A stretch of 60,961 nucleotides of DNA, the filler included, from Globobulimina sp. (taxonomy: Eukaryota): the NCBI GenBank assembly GCA_003354225.1. It is 16 parts of 16 records of this genome, joined end to end, with 100 filler letters (N's around TTAATTAATTAA, not from the genome) between each part and the next. Parts side by side here need not be neighbours in the genome. Positions count along the whole stretch, not along the records: positions 1 to 3,720 come from PIVH01002207.1; positions 3,821 to 7,539 come from PIVH01002208.1; positions 7,640 to 11,358 come from PIVH01002209.1; 13 more parts are not named here. One strand, 5' to 3'. Under the pieces are notes generated by a model. It had not been told where the DNA came from and searched no databases. It saw nothing but the letters and a program-made list of their open reading frames with translations. Each line of letters starts with the position of its first letter. Position 1 is the stretch's first letter. The position numbers were made by a program, and so were the translations under genes. Positions 1 to 11,458 of this stretch are shown here, one piece after another.

Positions 1-872
1 GAGCATAAACATAGAGAAGACGAAAAGGAAGAGGCTGCAGTCCATTTTGAGGTAGATTTATTATGTTATAATGGTTTACCTCCATCCGGACCATTATTAG
101 CCCCAATTTCAATAAATATTATCACAGAGAAAAAGAATGCAAATGAGAAGCAAGACAGAGACCGTGTTATTGATTCAACGCAGGTGCTATCAATGATTGA
201 TAATGATGAAGAGGATGAAAATAAAAAATTAAAATATATTAAAGGACATGCGTTAGTTCAAAGAATTGAAAGTAAACAAAGAAAGAATGTATATTACTAT
301 GAGATTGCTATTTCGTTAGAGTCGCATTTCGAAGATATACAGAAGTATGTTAATATGTATATATTTTATTTTGTTTAATGCACAATGTTTGTTTAATGCA
401 CAATGTTTGTTTATATAGTTGGAAGTCACCGTATTTTATGAAAATGACAGATGCTGAATGGAAAAAAGTGAAAGAATATTTTGATCCAAGTTAAGTAGAT
501 AAATGTTGTCAATATGTAGAATAAAATAAGGATAAATATAATTATATAGAAATATTACCAAACTTTTTAAAGAACACAAACTATGAATATCCATCCATAA
601 AATGGCGATGTTGTTCCTGTTACCTTGGGGATGATATGAATAAAAAATATGCAGGATATAATAATTTAGAGAGTATGTCTTGTAAAGCATGTGGCAAACC
701 AATGTATGAAGGATTGCGTACTCTTATTGTTAGTTACGAACATGTTCCATTTTATATCAGAGAAAGTAAAATCGACAAAGTGTACCAGAATGCTCTGGTC
801 AAATTATTAAAAAAAAGATTTAGAAATTTGGTTGTTGGTGTTGTTGACAACGATTGCTTGCCTGTCATTTGA
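1..872 (+). CDS. 5'-partial protein with RanBP2-like Cys4 zinc finger, 2 introns
   Basis: Open frame from position 1; GT-AG introns at about 345-418 and 490-549; spliced product contains WRCCSC...NNLESMSCKAC. Confidence 0.55.
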
Positions 873-943
873 TTTTAAGGGTTTCGTACTCGCAGCAGTT
901 TTTTTAAAAATGCACAGTTTTCTTTCAAAACGTAAACAGAACA

Positions 944-2920
944 ATGGTGTATTCTTCTTTCCGCTTCATAGTCGCATTACTATACGCATATTCTATCCAT
1001 TGTATTGGCTGTCCACACGGCTACATACAATGTGCTCTGGAAGGAGGATCATGTGATGGTACAGAGATGATTGCATATGGCAACAGCGTGCGCACACGGT
1101 ACACCTATCAACAAGCACCCATAGGCTGTGACAGTACTAGTAATAATTTTGGAAATGACCCATCGCCATCACTCAGCAAAGAATGTTGCAGTTGAGTTTC
1201 GCTCATTTGATCATGATAATATATAGAACACCATATATATACTTGTGGTCGTGATAAAAAAGGACAAGTTCCAGAAATAACAGGACCACTAGGCTTACCA
1301 GGGCCTATTGTTGGCATTATATCCTGTGGTCAAACAATGTTATCCTTCTTTGGGTTCATGGATGATATACATTTTTGGAAATTGAGCACAGATATCACGT
1401 ATAACATCACCTATACCACATGTGAGAGTTCATTCGATACTCGAACCAATGTTTATAGTGCTTCAAACGATATAATTTCTCTTGTCGTCTGTCCAGCGAG
1501 TCCCGGCAACCCCGACCAAACTAAAACTGGCGACGATTGCAATGAAGACCAGTGCAGCTCAACGTTATCAGGCAACGAGTGGTTTAAAATGAATAATCAA
1601 CCCGCTGGTGAATATTATGTGGAAGTCACATCATATAACAATAATGATCGCGGTGCGTATCAATTGCAAGTTTTATGTTCCGCGCCAACTATATCTCCAA
1701 CGAATGATCCTACGTCAAACCCCACCCAATTACCATCCATAAATCCGACGATTATTCCATCCACAAATCCGAGTATAGAGCCAAGCCATAGCCCAATCCC
1801 AACAGTGATACCAAGCAATAATCCAACACTTGAACCAACAGCACAGTCCATAGCACCAACAGTGCATACAACCATAAGTGCACCCACTATTAGGCCTAGT
1901 ACCTATGTAATAAATACATATATCAATATCACCACTATCAATACAACTGATACTGATATTGGTGCTGAGACTGAGCAGGGTGGCGATGATAACGCAGCAA
2001 CGTCATTCAATATATTGGGTATTGGCAAGTATATGGTTTATATTATCTGTACGTCATTGTTTGTTTGCTGTTGTTTGGTGATATTCTTATTTTGTTATTA
2101 CAAACGGCCGCATGATAAAGAAACGGAGCTGTACGCTTTGAGGAAAAAGAATGAATTAGAAATGCATGCAGTGGCTCATGACTTTAGTTCCGATGCGGAT
2201 AATAATAAAGTACAGAACCTAAATAAAGTGCGATCGCATAGCGCATTTACTAGTGATAATGATGCTGAGTCAAGTGCAGTAAATGCGGATTTAATAAGAA
2301 ATAATATTAATAATGCACCACATGATGATGATGAGGAGAATGAGGATGAGGATGAATGTCAAGCTGTGGATTGGAAATGTTTAAATTGCGAGACTGTCAA
2401 TGATAAGACACATGTTATTTGTGGTGGGTGTTTTATTGATAAGGAGAAGGTGTTTAAAAAAGGGAAGTTCAAACAAATGAATAATAGTAACGTCAGTCAG
2501 GTGGAACATGTACACGTTTCCACTGAGGATGATGATGAGAGTGATTCTGAGGAAATAGAACAGATACAACAAACTATCCAGATTCAGCAACAAATGTGGA
2601 TTCAAAAACAAATTGAAGAACAACTGCAAACAAAAAAAGAAGAAGAAATGAAACAAAAACAGATAGAAGAACAGATTCGACAGCAAGAGAGGCAGCAAAA
2701 ACTATTGGAATCATTGCCGCAGCCACCAGTGTTGCTTTTTGATGCCCAGCATACGGCGCGAATGTCAAATGACCCAAACTGTGTACCCAGTTTATTAAAT
2801 GTTGATGAACAATCTGAGATTGATGCGTATCATGAAGGCGTTAATGAGCCTGAAGGAATAAATGATGATGGTATTGATATGGAGGAGAAACCAATTGTAG
2901 ATGCTCAAGATTATCAATGA
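944..2920 (+). CDS. Type I membrane protein: signal peptide, Cys-rich and 'TCxSxFDT' ectodomain, PT-rich stalk, TM, cytosolic RanBP2-like zinc finger, Q/E-rich tail
   Basis: ORFs 944..1195 and 1337..2920 join through a 36-bp intron at 1191-1226; PTxxPT repeats; TM YMVYIICTSLFVCCCLVIFLFCYY; WKCLNCETVNDKTHVICGGC. Confidence 0.75.
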
Positions 2921-3107
2921 CAGTTATGACACAAATATATATATATATCAAACATCAAATGAAAACAATGAATAGTACAGAAAATCTTGTATTATATAAA
3001 TGTACGTTACGTTAATCATATTTTTTTGTGAGTTAGAAGTCAAATGTTTTGGTAATCTAGAAATGTTTTCCAAAACACCCTTCATACAAAATCTTATTTT
3101 TTTTACA

Positions 3108-3720
3108 ATGCCTTGCACATTACAAAAGATGAACGTATCCCAAATCAGATACACTCAAAATACTATAAGCGATAAATTTAGTGATGGCAGACCGTTACAA
3201 TACACAATTAATATGTTAAAAACAAAGAAAATCAACGCAGACAACATTCCACCAATTCGTGTTGGATTATATCGTGGTCATTATAGAACAGTTGATAATC
3301 GCCGATTATATTGTTTTAAAAGCAGTAATGTTGAAAAAGTTAAGTGCTTTTTGCTTATATTGTTTTTTTGTATCATATGCTTTGATGTTTACAGATTTCA
3401 GTAAAATATATTTCAGCCGATTCAGCAGCATTTTATAAAAAAAATACATCCAAAAATGATGGACAGACAGTTAAAGTAAGAAATGAAAAAAGAAAAACAA
3501 ATGCAGATAAACGGTTTTATTGTAATCTATGTGATATATGTGTTACATCAGGAAATAAAACATCTCATTTAAATGGAAGAAAACATCATAAAAATGCTGC
3601 ACAAAAAAAGGTTCAAGATAAAGACAAAGAAGCTAAACTTGTAGGTTTTTTATATGTTTTTTGCACAGAAATTATGCATTATTATTATATTTAGCTCACT
3701 AAATCCATTACAACCACCAC
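3108..3720 (+). CDS. ParB/sulfiredoxin-like domain plus U1/matrin-type C2H2 zinc finger, 3'-partial
   Basis: IRYTQNTISDKFSDG...IPPIRV...TVDNRRLYCF; introns 3339-3394 and 3641-3694; exon 2 has FYCNLCD...SHLNGRKH. Confidence 0.65.
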
Positions 3721-3820
3721 NNNNNNNNNNNNNNNNNNNNNNNNNNNNNNNNNNNNNNNNNNNNTTAATTAATTAANNNNNNNNNNNNNNNNNNNNNNNN
3801 NNNNNNNNNNNNNNNNNNNN
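3721..3820. other. Artificial contig spacer (first of 15)
   Basis: N44-TTAATTAATTAA-N44. Identical spacers start at 7540, 11359, 15178, 18997, 22815, 26633, 30450, 34266, 38082, 41897, 45712, 49526, 53339 and 57151; intervening contigs decrease from 3720 to 3711 bp. Confidence 0.98.
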
Positions 3821-3930
3821 CCATTTTCCGTTTTTGTATTGAAATAGTCACTAAATAGTAGCATATTTTCGTTTTTGTATTGAATAATTACTAAATAGTT
3901 GTCCATTTTCGTTTTTGTCACTAAATAGTC
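3821..3930. repeat. Imperfect ~40-bp tandem repeat (about 3 units) at contig start
   Basis: attttc(c)gtttttgt...actaaatagt occurs three times. Confidence 0.7.
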
Positions 3931-4042
3931 ACATAGTTAATAATTAACTTGTGTAGTCTCCATGAGTGTCTGCCTAGTTAACGTTTATCTGCAACAATCT
4001 TCAGTAAACGAAGTGAGGAAAGTTTTTCGATAATAACAAATC

Positions 4043-4813
4043 ATGTTTGGCTTTCAACATATACACGACTTTGAGGGAATATCTCCAATATCAATTGATA
4101 CTGTGAATGGATATATTAACAGAATTCAAATGCTTTTACCAAAGGACAAAGCATTTTATAATATTCCTAAATTGGTGAACTTAATTGTATTATCATATTT
4201 TTATGAACAGGATTTCTTTGAGACATGTTCCAAACGCATAAAAGTAACAGGCAAAGGTGGCGCAACTAAAAATATACTTATTTCAGATGATGTAGGATGG
4301 CACTCAGCATACGGAGCATTTACAATTGATTTTTCAACATGTACCAGTACAACAAATATGAATATGATCTATGAATGGAAATTTAAATTCTTTAGCAATG
4401 AATCAGAAAAAAGTAGACCAAGCAGACTGATCGCGATTGACTCGACCTACAATTCATTGGATACTTATATGTTTCCAACAATAGGAATGCATTATACATT
4501 ACATTCAAATGGACGCAAATACAAATCAGGAGGCGGCGCATTACCATATATGAAGGATGGATTTGTTGATGGTGACATTGTTATTTTGAGAGTAGATGCA
4601 CAGAATAAAAGCATATCATTTATTAGAAACGAACAGGACTTTGGCAGTGCATATACGGAAATTGATTCAACTCAAAAATATCATATTATGATATCTTTAG
4701 GTCATATTGTTGGGAATGGTGCAGAATTGGTTAGCTTTACAGCACAGCAAAAAATAAAGAAATCAGTCAATTTAAAAGCTTCGATCAATTTAAAGCATGC
4801 ATTTGTATGTTGA
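4043..4813 (+). CDS. SPRY/B30.2-like protein with conserved N-terminal 'GYI..Q.LLP...YNIP.L' motif
   Basis: GDIVILRVDAQNKSISFIRNEQDFGSAY matches the SPRY C-terminal strands; paralog at 11744..12448. Confidence 0.65.
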   Translation: MFGFQHIHDFEGISPISIDTVNGYINRIQMLLPKDKAFYNIPKLVNLIVLSYFYEQDFFETCSKRIKVTGKGGATKNILISDDVGWHSAYGAFTIDFSTCTSTTNMNMIYEWKFKFFSNESEKSRPSRLIAIDSTYNSLDTYMFPTIGMHYTLHSNGRKYKSGGGALPYMKDGFVDGDIVILRVDAQNKSISFIRNEQDFGSAYTEIDSTQKYHIMISLGHIVGNGAELVSFTAQQKIKKSVNLKASINLKHAFVC

Positions 4814-5028
4814 TATTTCAGTCATTCTACCAACATATTATTATTATCGTCCTTTTCGACACACTCCGACAATTATGATATAAGTTCTTTTTCATTTGTA
4901 GCAATAATAATTCACGTCAACCAAATCCCGAATAAAAGCCTAAAACTAACCTACAAATAAAGATGAACAGTACAATACAACACAAATTCAGCAACCAACA
5001 CTCAGATCTAAAGTCCTATTTTTATGTT

Positions 5029-6669
5029 TCAAGAAATAGGCATACAATTTATCTTTGCAATTTGATCTTTTTTTTCTTTACATGAATATCTATGATATAA
5101 ATTCCAATCGTATTTTTGATGCAATCTACAACAATAAAAGACAGATTTACATCTTTTACAAATTTTCATATCTTTTATTTTTTTATCACACCAATTGCAC
5201 TCATTATAAATTGATGAATTATTCTTGCCGATGCTATTATTTTCTTTTGATTGGATAACAATCTGAGCCCATATTCTATGCCCCCTATTAATATTAAATA
5301 TATATTCATTGAAAGCTCTTGCTTTATTCAAATATTTGAATGCCACATCAAACTCACAAAACTCATGCATTAACATTGCAAAATCCAAATTACAAATAAT
5401 ATCAAATGGATTCTGTTCCAGTGCTAATTTATATGACCATTTCGCTTTCATATAATCTCCAACCACATAATACATATATTTTGCATAAAAATAATAAAAT
5501 TCAAAACACCACAAATCCAAAGTACGCGGCAGATATAAATCACAGCCATTATTTTGATAGAATATTATTTCAAATCCTTTGTCCAAAAACCAATCATTCA
5601 CTTTATTATAATCGCCATTTGAATATAATAAATTGTAATAAACTGAACCTGAATGATTCAATTCTAAGCCGAACTGACTCACACAACAATTTTCTACATT
5701 AATTAACATATTTGAAGCAATCGGATATTTACATTTAAGTTTATGCCCAAACAACGTTTTCCAAACCTTTAATTTACGGAAATTCAATAAAAGTAAATTG
5801 CAAACGGATAAAACTAATTCATTCTCAATGCAATAATTATAGTCTGAGCAATATCCAATTAATTTTAAAATGTATTCATATGCTGTCCCATAGTTATTGC
5901 TCCAATAAGACAAAACTATGATATCTTGAATACAATACATTTGCGATTGTATATTAATTAAAGCATCCGGATCATCCAATATACTGTACATAAATTCAGC
6001 TGTTGCAAAATGTATCGCTTTGGCAAGACTTTAGTTATATTTTTAAATACAAGGCCAAGCACAAGGAACGAGATAGAAATACCTTAGTTGCAAATTGCTA
6101 TATTGTTTGCTTAATGATGTCCAATTTTCGTCGATGACACTTCTTTGATTTTCATACATTTCAATTGAAAGAGCCAGATGAAATTTAGTGTTATCCATTT
6201 TATATTTGTTAGTAATAAAAGACCACGCATCACACTTAAGGTCATATGATAGGCTCTCAAACGCTGCGATTGAGTCCGTTGTTTGGCCCAAATGTTTCCA
6301 TATATATGCTAATATTAATATTATTAAAGGACATTTCCATTTTTCGTACGCTTTCCATAAAAACGATGCTGATTTCTCAAATTGTTTTTGTTTATATAAT
6401 TGAAATCCATACATACATAAAAAAACAAAATTATTTGGATATTTCATAATCATCCACGAATATTGTTTAGTTTTATTTTGCATGAATTGTTTCCAGCATT
6501 TACACAAGTCACATTTTCGTTTTTTGCAATGTAATATATGTTTCCGTGCGCATGATTTAGTTAACCGGATATAATCATAGTCAGTATAGGATTGGATTGA
6601 TGCATTCAGAAATAAATCTGGCAGCACAAGATCTACAGTGCCTCTGTACGTATATGCTGCTGCTGACAT
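5029..6669 (-). CDS. TPR-like repeat plus C-terminal MYND zinc finger protein
   Basis: ORFs 6043..6669 and 5029..5991 join in frame through an intron at 6029-6082; CNWC...CKRCKSVFYCCRLHQKYDWNLYHRYSC; TPR-like YKLALEQNP. Confidence 0.8.
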
Positions 6670-6875
6670 TGAATTAAAGATGGATATTTTTCAGAAAATC
6701 CTTTCCCAATTAACGTGCTGATATATAACATTTTATTTACAGAAAAAGATCTAATAAAAAAATATAGTACAAAATACATGCATATGCAATCTAAAAAAAC
6801 AAAGAAAATTATATAAGATAATAATATTTACAAAACACATATAATAAATAACATAAACAAAACCCAACACATATA

Positions 6876-7539
6876 TTATCCAATACATATTTGCTTCAAT
6901 TTATCCTCATTCAATGCATTAACAAATCGAGAATATTCACCAAACGCAATTCTACCAATTTTTTGTTGATCGACACAATTCCAGATTTTTGTAACAATTA
7001 AAACGGGTATTTTTTTATGTAAACTTGTAAAATAATCCTTAAACGCATCCCAAATCACAGTATTTGTATTTCCATAATCCAATGAGGCCATATTTAAATT
7101 CTGCAAAATGGAACACAACCAAATTAAATCTGCGTGGTTCACTGAAAAAGCCTCCAAAGCTCCATCAGATTGGTCCTGTTGCATTTGTATTTTATTATTC
7201 TTCAATATTTTATCCAAATGCAATGAATTTAATCTTCCAATCCATTGATTAAAAGCATCCAAATTAACCTGCGAATAATGCGAATTATCATTTACATCAT
7301 AAAATATTGCCTTTATCACATTATCCCCAATTTGTTGACTATAATGCCTCCGAAAATAATTTATCATCTCACCAATATCAACGGTGTTACTCTCATTTAC
7401 ATCCAATGATTTCGCGTTCATTGTTTTTAAAAACGCCAACAACGAATTTGTGTCAATATTTTGGTCAACAACGGTGTTATACGGATTTATATAATTTTGC
7501 TGTGGTTTTGCTTTTTGTTTCGGTTTTAAGATCGTATCA
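6876..7539 (-). CDS. EF-hand-like protein, 5'-partial
   Basis: DVNESNTVDIGE loop and degenerate loops (VDQQKIGRIAFGE); frame open to the contig end. Confidence 0.55.
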
Positions 7540-7639
7540 NNNNNNNNNNNNNNNNNNNNNNNNNNNNNNNNNNNNNNNNNNNNTTAATTAATTAANNNNN
7601 NNNNNNNNNNNNNNNNNNNNNNNNNNNNNNNNNNNNNNN

Positions 7640-7762
7640 GTGCTGGTTAACCACGGTGGCACCGAAATGGGGCAGGGTTTGCACACCAAGGTTTCCCAGG
7701 TGGTCGCACTGGAACTCGGCATCGATATCGAGCAGGTACGTGCGACGGCAAACGATACCAGC
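7640..7762 (+). other. xdhB: Bacterial-type xanthine dehydrogenase molybdopterin subunit fragment
   Basis: VLVNHGGTEMGQGLHTKVSQVVALELGIDIEQVRATANDTS is a conserved XdhB segment; clearly more GC-rich than the rest of the contig; similarity stops abruptly. Confidence 0.85.
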
Positions 7763-8826
7763 AATGCGACAGATGCGTCAAATAGAAATATATCATATAT
7801 AATCCCTCCCGATTGCTATTTCGACAATGACGAGAAATGTAGCAAAGAAGAAGAGTTTGATAGTTCGATTGACGAGAATGCGTACTCGCTTTATGAGTGT
7901 GCCAATGGTAAGAAAAGAGGACATAAGGAGCACGAATGCAGCTGGTGTGACTATCGAGACATGCCTGGGCCGCGATGCGATGATATTGCACCGAGTGGCG
8001 GCCAATTTATTATACCCCATACGGATTTATTGAGTGTGGATGGCGGGACCTTCGAACAAGCCACGTTTGAGTTGGCCATAAAAACCGAAGGGTGTACGCA
8101 TGGTTGTGATTACGAAGGTACTCGTTTTTTGTTTTAAGCAGACATGTTTCGCACAGTGACATGATGTCTTAAGTGAAGTGACAGTGACTCGAAGTTTTTT
8201 TGCTGAGCATGTAGTACGTTGAAAATGTGTTTTTTTTTGTGTGAACAGGAGAAGTATTTATGTTGGAACTGACCAAATGTGCAGTGATCCAAAATTATAA
8301 GAACTTATTATCAGCCTCGCAGTTGGCCGACTTAGGTGCAACAGCTGGGGATATATTAGAATGCACATTGATATATCCAACGCGTGTATTTATAATCGTA
8401 ATGGATCAAGATGTCACAAGCATAGTTGAGGAGGAGATTATAGCTGATACGTCGTATAACGATTGGTTGTGGTATGTGATAGGCGCAGCCGTGTTGGTAT
8501 TAGCTGGCTTGTCCTATGTGGCATATATTTGGTGGAAGAACAAAAAGATGAAAGAACTGGATGTAGCAATGGTGGAAGAAGACATGGAAGCGGTGATTGA
8601 AGAACAAGAGCTAGGATGGCAAGTGGATGAGGGCATGGTCGCGGTAGCAAATCCATTGGCGACCATTGGTGGTGTACAGAAACCTGTGGATACCTTCGGC
8701 GCGGAGTATGATCCCGCAGCACATCAGAAAATTAAAGATGTGGCTGATGTTGGCATTGAAAAATTTGATGAAAGAGTTGAATATGGACAACAACGTGGTG
8801 GTGATGATTATGGCGATGTGGTGTGA
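7763..8826 (+). CDS. C-terminal part of a Cys-rich single-pass surface protein
   Basis: Intron 8118-8248 joins the two ORFs in frame; TM WLWYVIGAAVLVLAGLSYVAYIWW; acidic tail with NPL motif. Confidence 0.65.
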
Positions 8827-9083
8827 GTGATAGATTATGTTTTTTGTGTGTGTGTGTGATGTTTGTGCATTGATTGTTTTTTTTTTTAATATTAACTTTT
8901 TTGAACTTTTTATGTTGTTTGTATACTCTCAAACTCTCTTCCGTTTATATATTAAATTGGTTGCTTTTCTGTTGTTTGGTCATTAAATAACTATTTTTTT
9001 AATTGTTGTAGCGTAAAAATGAAAATGCAAAGAAATTAAATAAATTAATGTATATTGTCAATTTTGTCATAGAGTTTAAATTA

Positions 9084-9695
9084 TTATTGTTGATCAGTTG
9101 TATCATTGCTTTCTTCAATAGGTTCTGCTTCTTCTTTTTGATCGTCATTTTGCGACTCATCTTCCTTTTGTGGTGCCGGTGCTTCTTTGTCTTCTTCTTT
9201 ACTCTCTTCAGTCTCTGGTTCAGTATTTGGTTCAGTATCTGGTTCAGTATCTGATTCAGGCTCTGGTTCAGGCTCTGATTCAGGCTCAGGTTCAGGAAGC
9301 ATTTGCATTTCGCCATTCAAACACGCCATCACAGTATCTGTCATTCGACAAGCATTAGATTCTGTGACTGTAGCTAATATTTGTTTGTTTTTAATGAAAA
9401 CATATAATGGTTTCGGTGATTCGTATTTTGACCATTTATTCAACAGAAGCAATGGTTGATCATTATTCTCTTTTTCTAACTGTGCTACATTTAATCTTAT
9501 CCATACAACACTTGCTTGTTCTGCGCCTTTTAATGTTTTCATAATTTTATGAATTACCGGTGTATATACCTCACAATATCCAAACCACTGAGAATATAGT
9601 TCAGCAACAACCAATTTGTCAGTTTCTATAATTTTATTCCATTCGTCAATTTCTACATATTCTGTAGTCCAATCTTGTACTTTAGCACGTGCCAT
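9084..9695 (-). CDS. Thioredoxin-fold protein (NME8/TXNDC3- or dynein light chain-like) with PE-repeat acidic tail
   Basis: LVVAELYSQWFGYC occupies the WCGPC position; PEPEPESEPEPEPES repeats. Confidence 0.65.
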   Translation of the reverse strand: MARAKVQDWTTEYVEIDEWNKIIETDKLVVAELYSQWFGYCEVYTPVIHKIMKTLKGAEQASVVWIRLNVAQLEKENNDQPLLLLNKWSKYESPKPLYVFIKNKQILATVTESNACRMTDTVMACLNGEMQMLPEPEPESEPEPEPESDTEPDTEPNTEPETEESKEEDKEAPAPQKEDESQNDDQKEEAEPIEESNDTTDQQ

Positions 9696-9990
9696 CTGAT
9701 TAAGTTTCTTTTTGGAGATTTAGATATATTCAAATGTCTGAAAATGATACAAAACTCATAATAAGCATCAATTATGATACGTTGTCTACTGACTCTTTTC
9801 TGTGTGTATAATTATATGATGGGTCCTCATCACCTCAATTTCTCATAAATAAATTCAATAATATCTCATCATTACATTTACATGTTGTATAAATTCAAAT
9901 GTATAAATAACATTATCTGAGTCTTGTGTAAATATTTCTGTAGAAAAAACCTTAGTTCAATCATGCCGGTATACACGACACGTCCCAGTA

Positions 9991-10180
9991 AGTCTTTGTC
10001 GTTTATGAGTCAGAGTCAGAGCCGAGCCGAGTGTAGTGATCGAGTGCCATGGGTTTGGTTAGCTGTTAATAATAGTAAAGTCACTCGGCTCGACTCGATC
10101 ACTAAAACCATGTCAACTCGATCACTACACTCTGACTCTGCTCTGCTCGGCTCGGCTCTGACTCATAAACGACAAAGACT
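9991..10180. mobile_element. Non-autonomous MITE-like element with terminal inverted repeats, flanked by TA
   Basis: AGTCTTTGTCGTTTATGAGTCAGAG at 9991 and its exact reverse complement ending at 10180; TA at 9989-9990 and 10181-10182; further internal inverted motifs. Confidence 0.8.
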
Positions 10181-10336
10181 TAATAGACCTACAAGAAAAG
10201 TGAATACCAATGCACGTCAAATGTCTCATTTCATGACTACTTTGTTTGTCCCGTCCAATACACACGAATTTGAATATGTTGAGTACACTGATTTATTTCT
10301 CCCATATATCAAACAATAAACAACATCCAATGACAG

Positions 10337-10984
10337 ATGTCCTCTGTATGGCGATCAATCCATACATTGTCAGAAGAAATGGTTACAATTACCACTAACT
10401 ATAAAAACGCAACATCACGCAAGCGTAAATCAATTGCTCTGACATCAACAAACAATACGGATTCGACTGCATCTGCACCACGGCCACCACCATCAAAAAA
10501 ACGGAAAATAGATGTTGGGACAGGAAGAATTTATAAACTGCGACGTCCTCCAACATCCTGGATAATATATAATGGAACTAAAATTAAAAAGAATGCATCG
10601 TTAACGATAGGCCAACAAACTAAAAAGAATGCGAAGTCGTGGCATGGTTTGGATGATAAAGAGAGAGCGATTTGGGAACAGAAGGCACAAAAAGGGAAAG
10701 CTGAATTTCTTAAAATCAAAGCAAAGTTTAATAGAGATAAAGATTTTAGTAAAGTGCCTGATAAATGGAAGAAAATTGATAAGAAAGCAGAGGCGAAAAG
10801 GCACCAATTGGTGGTGAGGCAAAAGGAGAAACGAAATAAGAGGAAAAGGGAGGTTGTCATTGATCGCAAGTCTATTATTAAAGGTATAAGAGGTGGCACA
10901 TGCATGTATTGTAAGGAATCATTTGCGTCGATTCGTTCAACGATATTGCATATGGAAAAGAAGCATGATTTTGTACATTATTGA
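10337..10984 (+). CDS. HMG-box protein with C-terminal C2H2 zinc finger
   Basis: RRPPTSWIIY...AKSWHGLDDKERAIWEQKAQKGK (HMG box); CMYC...HMEKKH. Confidence 0.75.
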   Translation: MSSVWRSIHTLSEEMVTITTNYKNATSRKRKSIALTSTNNTDSTASAPRPPPSKKRKIDVGTGRIYKLRRPPTSWIIYNGTKIKKNASLTIGQQTKKNAKSWHGLDDKERAIWEQKAQKGKAEFLKIKAKFNRDKDFSKVPDKWKKIDKKAEAKRHQLVVRQKEKRNKRKREVVIDRKSIIKGIRGGTCMYCKESFASIRSTILHMEKKHDFVHY

Positions 10985-11458
10985 TATGTGTTGAAATTAA
11001 ATGTTCATTGTTGCTAAAATAACTGTTGCTTTTTTTTCTGACGGTATACGTAGTTTGAAAATTTCCCCCAAAACAAATTTTCTAGAAATTTCTGGGATGA
11101 AATGTTCAGTTCCATTCAATAAATTTTCATTATCGATGGAAAAAAAAGATATAAGAATAAGATTGAAATTACAAGAGAAAAAATTGAAATTACAGACGCA
11201 AAACACCTGTACATATCAATGCATTGCCCTCCAATTAAAAAGGCAAAAAAAATGCATAGTGTACACAATTACAAAATAAATAAAAACAAAGACAAAGAAA
11301 AAAATACAAAAAAATGCATAATAAACAATGAAATAATATAATAATTCAACAACATTATNNNNNNNNNNNNNNNNNNNNNNNNNNNNNNNNNNNNNNNNNN
11401 NNTTAATTAATTAANNNNNNNNNNNNNNNNNNNNNNNNNNNNNNNNNNNNNNNNNNNN

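Noticed and set aside
370-412. 18-bp tandem repeat tttgtttaatgcacaatg
   Set aside because: A simple duplication inside an intron; no spacers or further copies.
7640-8137. 165-aa ORF as a genuine xanthine dehydrogenase fusion protein
   Set aside because: Only about 41 aa match XdhB, at a contig end with a GC step; too short for a domain and better explained as a chimera.
9200-9295. Hexamer repeats (ggttca/ggctct)
   Set aside because: They encode the PE/TE tail of the thioredoxin-like protein.
9924-10319. 131-aa ORF
   Set aside because: Runs through the MITE inverted repeats from a non-ATG start; no protein-like features.
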